A stretch of 64,000 nt of DNA from Cyclobacteriaceae bacterium (GTDB lineage: Bacteria > Bacteroidota > Bacteroidia > Cytophagales > Cyclobacteriaceae), in contig JAYWHU010000031.1 in the NCBI GenBank assembly GCA_043777495.1, positions 368 through 64,367 on the forward strand, written 5' to 3'. This document shows, in pieces, positions 53,373 through 62,776 of this stretch. The notes under the pieces are model-generated. The model searched no databases. It was not told the origin of the DNA and worked only from the letters and a program-made list of their open reading frames with translations. Both the position numbers and the translations under genes were made by a program. Each line of letters opens with the position of its first letter. Position 1 is the first letter of the stretch.

Positions 53373-54341
53373 TCACCCCATCAACTTTTCAATCACCCCA
53401 TCCACCGAAATCCCCTCCGCCTCTGCCTTAAAATTCCGCACCATGCGGTGGCGCAATACAGGCTTGGCAATAGCTTGCACATCTTCAATATCAGGAGAAT
53501 ATTTTCCGTTGATGAGTGCGTTGCACTTAGCACCCAATACCAAATATTGAGAAGCACGCGGGCCTGCACCCCATTCTAATAAGTCATTTGCAATGGTTGA
53601 GCCATTTTTCCCTGGGCGTGATGATTGCGCTAACTTCACTGCATACTCCACCACATTATCTGCAATGGGCACTCTGCGCACCAAGTGCTGGAAGGCAACA
53701 ATTTCTTCGGCTGTTAAAGTCTTAGACGCTTGTTGTACAACATCCGCAGTGGTATTTTTTACAATGTCGATCTCTTGTTGGTAGCTGGGGTAATCCAAAA
53801 ATATATTGAACATAAACCGATCTAACTGTGCCTCTGGCAATGGATACGTTCCTTCTTGCTCAATGGGGTTTTGCGTGGCCAATACAAAGAATGGTTTGGG
53901 CAATTCGTACCGATTGCCTGCAATAGTCACTGCATACTCTTGCATCGATTCCAGCAATGCCGCCTGTGTTTTGGGTGGTGTGCGGTTGATCTCATCGGCC
54001 AATACAATGTTGGCAAAGATGGGTCCCTTCACAAATTGAAAATTGCGTTCTTTGTCCATCGTCTCAGCACCTACAATATCTGAGGGCATTAAGTCAGGTG
54101 TGAATTGAATTCGTTTGAATTGCAGATCGAGTGAAGTGGCAATGGTTTGCACCAACAAAGTTTTGGCAAGTCCAGGTACGCCAACTAGCAAAGAATGCCC
54201 TTGACAAAAAATCCCAGTCAGCACCAAGCGGACTACATCATCTTGACCAACAACTACTTTGGCTATTTCGTTTTTTAAATTTTGATAGGCTTTGGCCAAT
54301 GCATCGGCCGCTTCTACATCGTTCGTAAATTGTTTCGCCAT
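53373..54341 (-). CDS. MoxR-family AAA+ ATPase
   Basis: GVPGLAKT, RIQFTPDLMPSDI.G, DEINRTPPKTQAALLE, ATQNPIEQEGTYPLPEAQLDRF. Confidence 0.95.
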   Translation of the reverse strand: MAKQFTNDVEAADALAKAYQNLKNEIAKVVVGQDDVVRLVLTGIFCQGHSLLVGVPGLAKTLLVQTIATSLDLQFKRIQFTPDLMPSDIVGAETMDKERNFQFVKGPIFANIVLADEINRTPPKTQAALLESMQEYAVTIAGNRYELPKPFFVLATQNPIEQEGTYPLPEAQLDRFMFNIFLDYPSYQQEIDIVKNTTADVVQQASKTLTAEEIVAFQHLVRRVPIADNVVEYAVKLAQSSRPGKNGSTIANDLLEWGAGPRASQYLVLGAKCNALINGKYSPDIEDVQAIAKPVLRHRMVRNFKAEAEGISVDGVIEKLMG

Positions 54342-54458
54342 TTTTCTTTATTTATTCTCGATTTAAAAAAGAAGTCAGAAGTTAAAATATAGAAGTCAGA
54401 ATTTTCACCTAGACATTTATTTAAACGCACAGAATGCAGTGCTTCGCACGTACTTTGT

Positions 54459-54514
54459 CAATTGCCACTTGCCTCTTTCCAATTTCCTTTTGCAAATTGC
54501 CCCTTGCTTATTGC
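54459..54514. repeat. degenerate heptamer tract (8 units)
   Basis: caattgc cacttgc ctctttc caatttc cttttgc aaattgc cccttgc ttattgc. Confidence 0.7.
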
Positions 54515-54520
54515 CTTTCC

Positions 54521-55888
54521 TCACTCCAAAATCTTACAATACTTATAAGACGGATCTATATTGATAAACACATCCTGTCTCGATTTACTAAACCACTTGC
54601 CAATAATTTTATCTTTCTTCTCAGCTAGTGAGGCCGATTGTATGCGGTGCCAATCGTCTTTTAAGTTGGCTTGGTGTGGCGGAATCTTCGCTTTAAAGTA
54701 AAGTATGCGCACGGCTTCTTTTCTGTCTTCAGTACTGTAAGTGAGTGGCTTAGAAATACTCCCCACTTTCATCGTATCAATTGCCAAATAAACCACAGGG
54801 TCAATCTCGCGCAGCGACACTCTAACACCACCATCGGGGTCCGTAAAATATCCTCCACGGCCTTTGGTATTGGTGTCATCAGAATATTCCTTGGCGGCAT
54901 ATTCAAACTTGATGCTGTCTTTCACAATCTTCCTTCTCAGGCTATCTAAATATCTTTCTGCCCTGCCAATATCTTCTTTTGAAGGTGAGCCCAGCAACAA
55001 AATATGGCGCGAGTTATATTCATTTCCCCTGCGGTCAATCAATTGCATAATATGAATGCCGAAAGGCGATTCGAACGGCTGTGAGATTTCTCCCTTGCGC
55101 AATTTAAAACCCATCGCTTCAAATTGTGGCACCATTGCCCCGCGACCCACAAAACCCATCTCACCACCGTTTGATCTAGCACTTGGGTCTTCAGAATATT
55201 TCTGTGCCAACACATTAAAGTCTTCACCCGCTACAATCCGCTCGCGCAGTTCGTTCAACCTGCGCTTCGCATCTTCTTTTTGCGCATCGCTGATCTTGGC
55301 CACTTTTACAATCTGCCCAATCTCCACATCCGAAGAATAAAAAGGCAAACTATCCGTTGGGATTTTATTGAAGAACCGCTTTACTTCCGCAGGAGTGATT
55401 TTTAAATCTTTGGTGATGCGTTGCGTCATCTCGCGTGCCAAAAGTTGCTCGCGAATTTGATCGCGCAACTCTACTCGTATCTGATCCATCGACTTACCAT
55501 ATCTCCGCTCCAATTCCTCCACCGAATTTCCAGAGTTTTGTAAGATTGCGCTCATCCGCTGCCCAGTGTTCTGATCTACTTCTAAATCCGTCACAACCAC
55601 AGAGTCGATCTCTGCCTTGGCCACCATCAGCTTGTTCATGATCAGCCGATTGAACAATTGACATTTCGCCTCATCCGATTGTGGATTGCCCTCCGCCACA
55701 TAGCCTTGGTAAGCAGCTTCCAATTCTGATTTGATGACGATATAATTGTCAACCTTTGCGATGATCTTATCCACCACAAAGCCCGTCTTCTCCTTCTCTT
55801 CCTGTGCGCGCAGCGGTAGCGCAAGTGAAAGAGCCGTAGCACTAAGGGTTAAAAACCTCGAAATCCTTTCGTTTAGCAGCATTTTCAT
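54521..55888 (-). CDS. SurA-like peptidyl-prolyl isomerase (two parvulin domains)
   Basis: VVDKIIAKVD, FNVLAQKYSED...GGEMG, SPFGIHI. Start codon uncertain. Confidence 0.88.
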   Translation of the reverse strand: MKMLLNERISRFLTLSATALSLALPLRAQEEKEKTGFVVDKIIAKVDNYIVIKSELEAAYQGYVAEGNPQSDEAKCQLFNRLIMNKLMVAKAEIDSVVVTDLEVDQNTGQRMSAILQNSGNSVEELERRYGKSMDQIRVELRDQIREQLLAREMTQRITKDLKITPAEVKRFFNKIPTDSLPFYSSDVEIGQIVKVAKISDAQKEDAKRRLNELRERIVAGEDFNVLAQKYSEDPSARSNGGEMGFVGRGAMVPQFEAMGFKLRKGEISQPFESPFGIHIMQLIDRRGNEYNSRHILLLGSPSKEDIGRAERYLDSLRRKIVKDSIKFEYAAKEYSDDTNTKGRGGYFTDPDGGVRVSLREIDPVVYLAIDTMKVGSISKPLTYSTEDRKEAVRILYFKAKIPPHQANLKDDWHRIQSASLAEKKDKIIGKWFSKSRQDVFINIDPSYKYCKILE

Positions 55889-56981
55889 AAACCTCATCCT
55901 CCAATTTTTTTGCAAGTTCCACTTTTCTTTTATTTAAAATAATGTTTTTGATATCCTCCTGCACAAATTCCAACGGAGACACGTTGTCAGAAATTTTGTA
56001 CGCATCCAACTTTAAGAAGTAAAGGAAGTTCGCATCGTTGGTTTCGTAGTAACTGTAGTTGCGCAAGAACTGTATTTTGTTTGGTATCTCTGCCAATGGC
56101 GAGTTGGCCGCCAGCTTATCAAACTCGATCCATGTAGAGTCGGGCAATTGATAGGCTGCAGAAAAACGAAGGCAGTACGATTTCAATTCTTCCACATCTT
56201 TGGGCTTCTTAGAAAACATCAACTCTTTCACGCGATTGATGCGTGGGGCCGTCTTCGGCACTTTAATGTACGTGCCTTGAACAATGTTCTGCTTCAATAT
56301 AAAATTATCCTGATGCGATTTGTAATACGTTTCAATCTCATCCCACGACACGCTGTCGTTCAAGTTTTTTTGAATGTAAAAATTTTGAAATTCATAGCCG
56401 ATCAAACTGTAGCGATAGTCCAATACCTTGCGCTCTACTTCTGCCTCGTTGATGTCAATGTTCTTGGCTGCTTCGTTCAACAATAATTGCTTGCGTATCC
56501 AACTGTTCACATACGATGAGATGCGCGTGGCACTGTCTTCTTTGCTTGCGTCCGATGGCACAATGCCCTTCAGCTCATCCAAGTACAAAAATGATTGCTC
56601 CACGCGTGCCACCGCTCTTCGCGAATTATCACCTCCCCCCCCATCTCCCTTTTTCATTCTAATGAGGTCACATGAAGAAGCAAGTAAGATCACACAAACA
56701 ATCAGCGAATGGGTGAAATAGTTTTGAGTAAAAGTTTGGCGGCCCCCCGATAAAAATCGGGGCCGGGCTATCCGTTCCAAGCCTGCCACGCGCTTCCTGT
56801 GGTCCAGCAAGCTTATAGAATTTTTGAGCTTCGGTTGAACTATTGTTTTTGGCAGGCTTTCCACTACTATCCCTGGCCGATGCCCGCACATAACTTTCTG
56901 CGTACTTCCTAAGTTCCAACCACCATAGTACGTGTATTCACGAACCACCAAAACCCAGTCTGTGCCTGTATGTCTCTTCAT
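55842..56981 (-). CDS. lipoprotein of the PPIase cluster (start uncertain; N-terminus reads through a repeat)
   Basis: Lipobox ILLASSC at residue 104, then VARVEQSFLY...WIRKQLL..EA. The first ~81 codons include a family A element. Confidence 0.75.
   Translation of the reverse strand: MKRHTGTDWVLVVREYTYYGGWNLGSTQKVMCGHRPGIVVESLPKTIVQPKLKNSISLLDHRKRVAGLERIARPRFLSGGRQTFTQNYFTHSLIVCVILLASSCDLIRMKKGDGGGGDNSRRAVARVEQSFLYLDELKGIVPSDASKEDSATRISSYVNSWIRKQLLLNEAAKNIDINEAEVERKVLDYRYSLIGYEFQNFYIQKNLNDSVSWDEIETYYKSHQDNFILKQNIVQGTYIKVPKTAPRINRVKELMFSKKPKDVEELKSYCLRFSAAYQLPDSTWIEFDKLAANSPLAEIPNKIQFLRNYSYYETNDANFLYFLKLDAYKISDNVSPLEFVQEDIKNIILNKRKVELAKKLEDEVYENAAKRKDFEVFNP
56735..56884. repeat. structured repeat element, family A copy 2
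   Basis: Matches 31641-31763; central stem gcctgcca/tggcaggc; extra hairpin ccccgataaaaatcgggg. Confidence 0.8.
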
Positions 56982-58930
56982 TATTTCTTTTTAAGTTCAG
57001 ACATAACGATTTTCTTCCCTTTCTTATTTACTTCCACTGAGTATTTCTTTCTCAAAGCCTCCAGCCAATTTTTTTCCACCTCGCTTTGGTAGTCAGAGAT
57101 AATCCCCGCACGTGCCTCTTCAAAACTTTTTGTTCCGGGTGCAACTAATCTCGCTACTTCCACTAAATAAAAATTCTTGTCCACCTCCACTTCGTGCATG
57201 CCAGCCGCCCAACTTGCCCTGTCGATTATTTTGCTCTCGCCCTTTTCATAATTTCTAAACGGCTGCACCGATTTGAATTTTTTTATATCTGCTTCTTTTA
57301 GTGTGTCACCAGCAGCAACTTTCTTTTTAAATTCCTCTACAATGTTTTTATCGGGCGTAGAAAAAATACGCGCCTCTACCCTATCCCCTGCTTTGTACTT
57401 ATCCAAATGGCTTTCATAATACTTGCGTTGGCCAAGTGTATCTTCCGATGCCTTGTTCCAAATCTCTTTCTCCATGATTTCAAAGAAGAGAATGCCCTCG
57501 CGGTATTCTGTCAATAGGTTTTTAAACTCAGGCTTTTCGGCCTTCAACTTTTCTTCCTCCGCAGTAGAGATGGTTTCATCTACGAAATAGTTGTAGAGTT
57601 GATCCATGTAAGCTGCTGGCACCATTCCCGAGGTAGCTTGATTCGCCTTCACATGCTTTATAAAATCAGACACCGTGGTTTCCTTGCCCAATACGGTAAA
57701 CAATTTTTTAGCTAACAACTCCGTGCCGCCTATGTACTTCCATTTCCCTTTTGTCAAACTAGAATCCGCGAAAGCGAAAATGGCTTTTTTGGTTTCTTCC
57801 ACTTCTACAAATCCAAAATCTTTTCTCCGTTTGGCTGCCATGGTTTGTTGCGAAATCTGCAACCGTTCATCACGCGCCACTTTCTTTTTAAGCGAGGCTT
57901 CCATTTCAGAATAAGGCGGAAGCGGAATCTTTTTCTCCAACCTCACCAAGTGCCACCCAATGGAAGATTGAAACGGATCTGAAATATCGCCAGGCTTTTG
58001 CATAGCAAAAGCTGTGTCTTCAAACTCTGGCACCGAAGCCAATGCTTTCAACCCAAATGCACGAAGTCGTCCGCCAGAGTCTTTTGTATTGGTGTCTTCT
58101 GAATTCTCTTTGCATAACTCATCCCACGCGCGACCTGCTTTTAATTGATCAAAAATATCAAACGCTTTGTTTTTTATTTTGGCATCATCGGCTGTGCCAG
58201 TACGAAGCAATATGTGCGACACTTCCACTTCGCCACGTGATGGTTTTTTGTCCATCACTTTGATGAGGTGGTAACCAAACCGTGTGCGAGCGATGTTTGA
58301 AATCTCTCCCTTGTTGGTTTTGTAGGCAGCCTCTTCAAATGGATACACCATTTGCATGGCAGTAAAGTAACCCAAATCTCCACCATTGTATTTAGCCGAT
58401 GGGTCTTCAGAAAGTTCTCGTGCTAACTTTTCAAAATCTTCGCCTGCCAAAATTCTTTTTTTGATGTCAGCAATTTTGTTGTAGGCAGCTAAGGTATCAG
58501 ATGGAAACGCATCAGGTTTTAAATTAATCAATATGTGTGATGCCTTCACTTCTTGTGTCAAGTGGTCGTATGCTTCTTTCGTTAGCTTATCAAGCGCATT
58601 GGGTTCCGCACGGTACGGTTTCTTTAAATCCTCGCGGTAGGTTTTGTATTCTTTGCTGAATTTAGCCGTGGTGTCCATCCCCAACGCACGCGCTTCGGTC
58701 ACCTTTAGTTTAAAGTTGGTGAACAGATTAAGGTATTCATTGACTTTACTTTCCGTAAAATCTTCGGGTTTATTTTGGTGGTTCTTTTTGTAGAGATAAG
58801 TGAACTCATCGGTAAAAGTTGGCACCTTGTTCACCGAAAAAAGAACTTGCTGCTTCTTTGGTTTTTCTTGCTGACCATACAAAGCCAGCCCAACGGCACA
58901 AAAGAGAGTAGTTAATAGAGACCTACGCAT
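56981..58930 (-). CDS. peptidyl-prolyl isomerase with two PpiC/parvulin domains
   Basis: VKASHILI, FEKLARELSED...GGDLG, TRFGYHLI, VEVSHIL. Confidence 0.9.
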   Translation of the reverse strand: MRRSLLTTLFCAVGLALYGQQEKPKKQQVLFSVNKVPTFTDEFTYLYKKNHQNKPEDFTESKVNEYLNLFTNFKLKVTEARALGMDTTAKFSKEYKTYREDLKKPYRAEPNALDKLTKEAYDHLTQEVKASHILINLKPDAFPSDTLAAYNKIADIKKRILAGEDFEKLARELSEDPSAKYNGGDLGYFTAMQMVYPFEEAAYKTNKGEISNIARTRFGYHLIKVMDKKPSRGEVEVSHILLRTGTADDAKIKNKAFDIFDQLKAGRAWDELCKENSEDTNTKDSGGRLRAFGLKALASVPEFEDTAFAMQKPGDISDPFQSSIGWHLVRLEKKIPLPPYSEMEASLKKKVARDERLQISQQTMAAKRRKDFGFVEVEETKKAIFAFADSSLTKGKWKYIGGTELLAKKLFTVLGKETTVSDFIKHVKANQATSGMVPAAYMDQLYNYFVDETISTAEEEKLKAEKPEFKNLLTEYREGILFFEIMEKEIWNKASEDTLGQRKYYESHLDKYKAGDRVEARIFSTPDKNIVEEFKKKVAAGDTLKEADIKKFKSVQPFRNYEKGESKIIDRASWAAGMHEVEVDKNFYLVEVARLVAPGTKSFEEARAGIISDYQSEVEKNWLEALRKKYSVEVNKKGKKIVMSELKKK

Positions 58931-59072
58931 GGATAGAATTGGTGAGTTAAGTTAAGAGTGCAAAAATAGGAGGAAAAAGTTAGAGTTGGTAGGGGATTAA
59001 AAAGCCTCGAATTGATAGCTACTATGAGTTAAATTTTTTGACTATTTTTGAATAGCTAAATATTCTCATTAT

Positions 59073-59315
59073 ATGTATCGTGCCACTATAACGCCCACTG
59101 AAAAAGAGCACACCATTGACCTTCCTAAACAATTTTTCGGTAAGAAAGTGGAGGTAACTGTTGTGGAAATACCACCATTGGCTAAGAACGGGCATCAAGT
59201 ACCCCCGCAAGGAAAGAAGGTTTCATTAACTACCTTATTCGAAACCTTTGGTATTGCCCCTGATTTTCCGACTATTGAAGAAATACGCAATAAGGCGTGG
59301 CCTTCCAAATGGTGA
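59073..59315 (+). CDS. putative antitoxin (VapB-like)
   Basis: 80 aa, directly upstream of and overlapping a PIN gene (ATGGTGA). Confidence 0.65.
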   Translation: MYRATITPTEKEHTIDLPKQFFGKKVEVTVVEIPPLAKNGHQVPPQGKKVSLTTLFETFGIAPDFPTIEEIRNKAWPSKW

Positions 59316-59677
59316 TCTTTGACACTACCGTTTTGATTAATTTGTACAGAGGTGATATCTCGGTAAAGCAAAAAATTGAAGAGATGTCTCCCGATGTAAT
59401 CTATATCAGCAGCATCACAGTGGCTGAATTTATGGTAGGGGCAAAAGATAAATTGGATATGCTAAAAATTCAGAAACATCTTAGCAATTATACCCCCTTG
59501 CCGATCAACGAATTGATTACTGACATCTTCCTCGAACTTTTTACTTCTTACTCGTTAAGCCATCGCCCTGGTATCGCTGATACACTTATCGCTGCCACCG
59601 CGCTATATTATGAGCTCCCTATTTTTACTCAAAATAAAAAGCACTTTGCCTTTATTCCGGGCATTCAATTAATTTGA
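59309..59677 (+). CDS. vapC: PIN-domain toxin (VapC-like)
   Basis: IFDTTVLI, SSITVAEF..G, DTLIAATAL.....TQN.KHF. Confidence 0.88.
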   Translation: MVIFDTTVLINLYRGDISVKQKIEEMSPDVIYISSITVAEFMVGAKDKLDMLKIQKHLSNYTPLPINELITDIFLELFTSYSLSHRPGIADTLIAATALYYELPIFTQNKKHFAFIPGIQLI

Positions 59678-59734
59678 ATGAAAGGAGTGTCAAAAACCGT
59701 GAAGCAAAAGTGCTAAATATCCTTATGCTATAAG

Positions 59735-60145
59735 CTACACCGACTTCGTCAACCTACAAATATTCTTACCGTCCTCTCTTACATATTCAATTTTATCCAT
59801 GATGGATTTTACTAATCGAATGCCCAGTCCGCCTTTTCTTTTTTCATGCACAAGGCTATCTAGTTCAGGTTCGTGAAATTGATTGATGTCGAACATCGAA
59901 CCATCATCAATGATCTCAAAAACAAAATGGCCCTTGTCAGGAATCTGGATGTTTAAGGTAATACTGTGATCGGGATTGCAATGGTGAGCGTGGATCATCA
60001 GGTTAGAGCACATCTCATCCAATGCCAACACAATGGCGCCCATTTCAAGATCAGACACACCATGCCCCTTCAGCGAAGTGCGTATGAACTCGCGTACCCC
60101 TTTTAGGTTGCTCAGGCTACAGCCAATGTTATACTGATAACTCAT
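59735..60145 (-). CDS. anti-sigma factor kinase (RsbW-like HATPase_c)
   Basis: LALDEMCSN, IIDDG..FD, GGLGIRLVKSIMD. Confidence 0.88.
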   Translation of the reverse strand: MSYQYNIGCSLSNLKGVREFIRTSLKGHGVSDLEMGAIVLALDEMCSNLMIHAHHCNPDHSITLNIQIPDKGHFVFEIIDDGSMFDINQFHEPELDSLVHEKRKGGLGIRLVKSIMDKIEYVREDGKNICRLTKSV

Positions 60146-60479
60146 CCACTAATTTTTTTGCTTCCTGTTTTGTATCGCGTATGTTCAGCAAATCGGCCAG
60201 GCCCAAAATGCTGAAGGTATTTAACACGCGCTCTTTCATACCGAACAATACCAATCGGATATTCTTGTCACGAAGTTCTTCGATGTAAGACATGAACACC
60301 CCTAAGCCTGCAGAAGATATGTACTCCAGCGCGCTACAGTCCACCAAGATTTTCTTAAACCCTTCTCCCACACTTTTGGCTATGGCCAGATCCAACTCAA
60401 TGGAAGAGCTTGCGTCAATTTCACCTATAATGGCGATGATATCTGCCCCTTCTTCTTGTAATCTTTTGATATGAACCAT
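60129..60479 (-). CDS. STAS anti-anti-sigma factor (RsbV-like)
   Basis: GEIDASS, VDCSALEYISSAGLGVF. Confidence 0.92.
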   Translation of the reverse strand: MVHIKRLQEEGADIIAIIGEIDASSSIELDLAIAKSVGEGFKKILVDCSALEYISSAGLGVFMSYIEELRDKNIRLVLFGMKERVLNTFSILGLADLLNIRDTKQEAKKLVDELSV

Positions 60480-60511
60480 ACTATTGTAACGGTTAAATTT
60501 TTTTTATGTTA

Positions 60512-60548
60512 CCTCACCCCCTTCCCCTCTCCAAAAGGAGAGGGGTGA
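60512..60548. repeat. REP-like hairpin
   Basis: cctcacccccttcccctctcc-aaaa-ggagaggggtga. Confidence 0.65.
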
Positions 60549-60620
60549 CTGTACTTAATTCGATTTATCGCTTTGTTGATCACTCTTCTTAATTCCAATT
60601 CAAAAAGTATACAGAAAACC

Positions 60621-62693
60621 CTATTTAAACTTCACGGTCATAGACGTATAATCATCATTAATATCTTCTGACCCTGAAAATTCATACAATCTTTTAATTA
60701 CGTTTTCTTCTATTTCTTTTGAACTTTTTTCTGCCGTTTCTTGTAGTGCATCCGCTAGCCTACCATTTCCAAACTCCTCGCTCTTATTGTTTTTGGCTTC
60801 GGTGATCCCATCGGTGTACAACACCATGACATCTCCTGTGGCATAACTGATTTCATTGTTCTCAACAAAATTGCAGTAGTCGTGGCTGCGAATCATACCC
60901 AAAGCTGTGCCTTTGTCTTTGAGATACTCTGCCTTGTTAGCAGAGGCACGATAGAACAAAACTGGGCAATGCCCCGCACGTGAATAACAGATTTTTTTAG
61001 TTTGGGTATTGATAACAAAATACGTTGCAGAGATAAATGAGCCACGCTCCAAGCAATAGACGAGTGCCTTATTTGCTTTGGCCATAAAATCTTTGGGGTC
61101 AGGCCCTTGCTGTGCCAAGCTGTGAAAAATCCCTTTCATCTGCGACATGTGGAAAGCTGCGGTTGTTCCCTTTCCCGAAACGTCTGCAATGATCAAGGCT
61201 ACTTCGTATTCGTTGATGCGCAGGGTATCGTAGTAATCACCACCTACTTCATCTGCTGATGCTGAGAAAGCAGAGATTTCAAAATCAGTATCTTGTTCGA
61301 GCTTATCGGGCAACAAACTTTGCTGCACAGTCTTGGCGATTTTCAATTCCTCTTTGTAGCGGGCGTTTTGAAACGCTTCTTCCATCAATCGAAAATTCTC
61401 AATAGAAATCCCTGCTTGATTCGCGAATGCCGATACAATGCGTGTCATCTCTTTATTAAATCCTTCTGGCACTTCTCTAAGCAGTGCCAACGTACCAATA
61501 GTCTCTTCTTTTGCCTTTATTGGGAAAGCCAATAGCGATCGGAAGCGCGAACTTTTTAGTGATCCCAGATGCTTGGATAGATTTTTGGTTTTATCACTGC
61601 CTTGATCCAGTGCACCCTTGATATTGTTTTTTTCGAGATGCGTACGAATGTCTTTGGATTCTCCCTCGGTCATCCGATAGGTAAACATTTTTTGATCGCT
61701 GTTGTTTGCCCGAATCTCCAGCCAAGCAGCATCTGCAAAGACGGAGCTTACGGAGCTTTCTAGCAAAATATTGTAAACGCTCTCTTCATTTTGCTCAGTT
61801 TGAATGGATTGACTGATGCGTTGGAAATTGATAACCTCTTCCAGTTTTTGCTCAAATACAGAAGAGGTTGGTAAATTAAACAATACCACTAAAAACGAAA
61901 ATGTTAGGTAGGTGATCACAAAGGCAAGCAGTGCAATGTTGAAAACGTGATTTTGGAAACCGAGAAACGTTGGTGCTTGCTGACTAATGGTTTCAGAAGA
62001 AACAGTGACTGAATAAAGGAAGTACACCAAGTAAAAAATCGAAAGTAAGAGCAGTAACAAGCTCGTCCACTTTTGTTTGAAGTTGAGGTAAGCCACCCAC
62101 CGCATGTTGGCCGATAGTACCAAGCCCAAAACACTTACCAAAACGATAGCCGTAGTTGAAACTGTTTCAGAAATAGCCAGATGAATGCTGTCGTAAACCA
62201 AAATGCAGAGTAGCAGAATTTCAAAAACAAACCATGCCCTTATCAACCATTTCGATTTTTGGTAAAGGATCAACCGCTTCCAAGAAGTGTAAGCAGCCAA
62301 CAAAAAATTAATGAACAGACCAAGATTGATTTGATAAATCAAATCAATGAAAAGAATATTGGAAGCAAGCTTAGTGCTACCCAGAAGGTATAAGATTAAC
62401 CGAACTGCTAATGAAATAACAGTTGCTATCAACCCTGTGGCAAAAACTTTCCAGAGCAAGTCCGTGAAGTTGAGGGTCTCATCACGCTCTATTCGAAATT
62501 TATAATAATAGAAAAGAGAAATGATGTACAGGTCGAGCATAAACCGCGGCAGCCAAGATGGCACATCAGGAGGCAATGAACGTAAATCACTGAACAGGAT
62601 TGTAATATCAGAAAATACCAAAACCACCCAAGCAAGCATGGCACCCAAAAAGGTAAGGCGGATTAAAGCTTTGGTTTTGATCATATTGAACAA
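60621..62693 (-). CDS. membrane-bound SpoIIE/RsbU-like PP2C phosphatase with GAF domain
   Basis: About eight TM segments, GAF-like region, VGGDYYD, IADVSGKG, YTDGITEA, DDYT. Confidence 0.9.
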   Translation of the reverse strand: MFNMIKTKALIRLTFLGAMLAWVVLVFSDITILFSDLRSLPPDVPSWLPRFMLDLYIISLFYYYKFRIERDETLNFTDLLWKVFATGLIATVISLAVRLILYLLGSTKLASNILFIDLIYQINLGLFINFLLAAYTSWKRLILYQKSKWLIRAWFVFEILLLCILVYDSIHLAISETVSTTAIVLVSVLGLVLSANMRWVAYLNFKQKWTSLLLLLLSIFYLVYFLYSVTVSSETISQQAPTFLGFQNHVFNIALLAFVITYLTFSFLVVLFNLPTSSVFEQKLEEVINFQRISQSIQTEQNEESVYNILLESSVSSVFADAAWLEIRANNSDQKMFTYRMTEGESKDIRTHLEKNNIKGALDQGSDKTKNLSKHLGSLKSSRFRSLLAFPIKAKEETIGTLALLREVPEGFNKEMTRIVSAFANQAGISIENFRLMEEAFQNARYKEELKIAKTVQQSLLPDKLEQDTDFEISAFSASADEVGGDYYDTLRINEYEVALIIADVSGKGTTAAFHMSQMKGIFHSLAQQGPDPKDFMAKANKALVYCLERGSFISATYFVINTQTKKICYSRAGHCPVLFYRASANKAEYLKDKGTALGMIRSHDYCNFVENNEISYATGDVMVLYTDGITEAKNNKSEEFGNGRLADALQETAEKSSKEIEENVIKRLYEFSGSEDINDDYTSMTVKFK

Positions 62694-62694
62694 G

Positions 62695-62719
62695 AAAAAG
62701 CCAATCTAGCTGGATTGGC
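62695..62719 (-). terminator. probable intrinsic terminator after guaB
   Basis: gccaatc/gattggc stem followed by U5 on the minus strand. Confidence 0.55.
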
Positions 62720-62776
62720 CTTGCAATAATACTGAATAAGAAGGCTCAAAATACAGTTCTGAGCAAAGAAGGAAGG

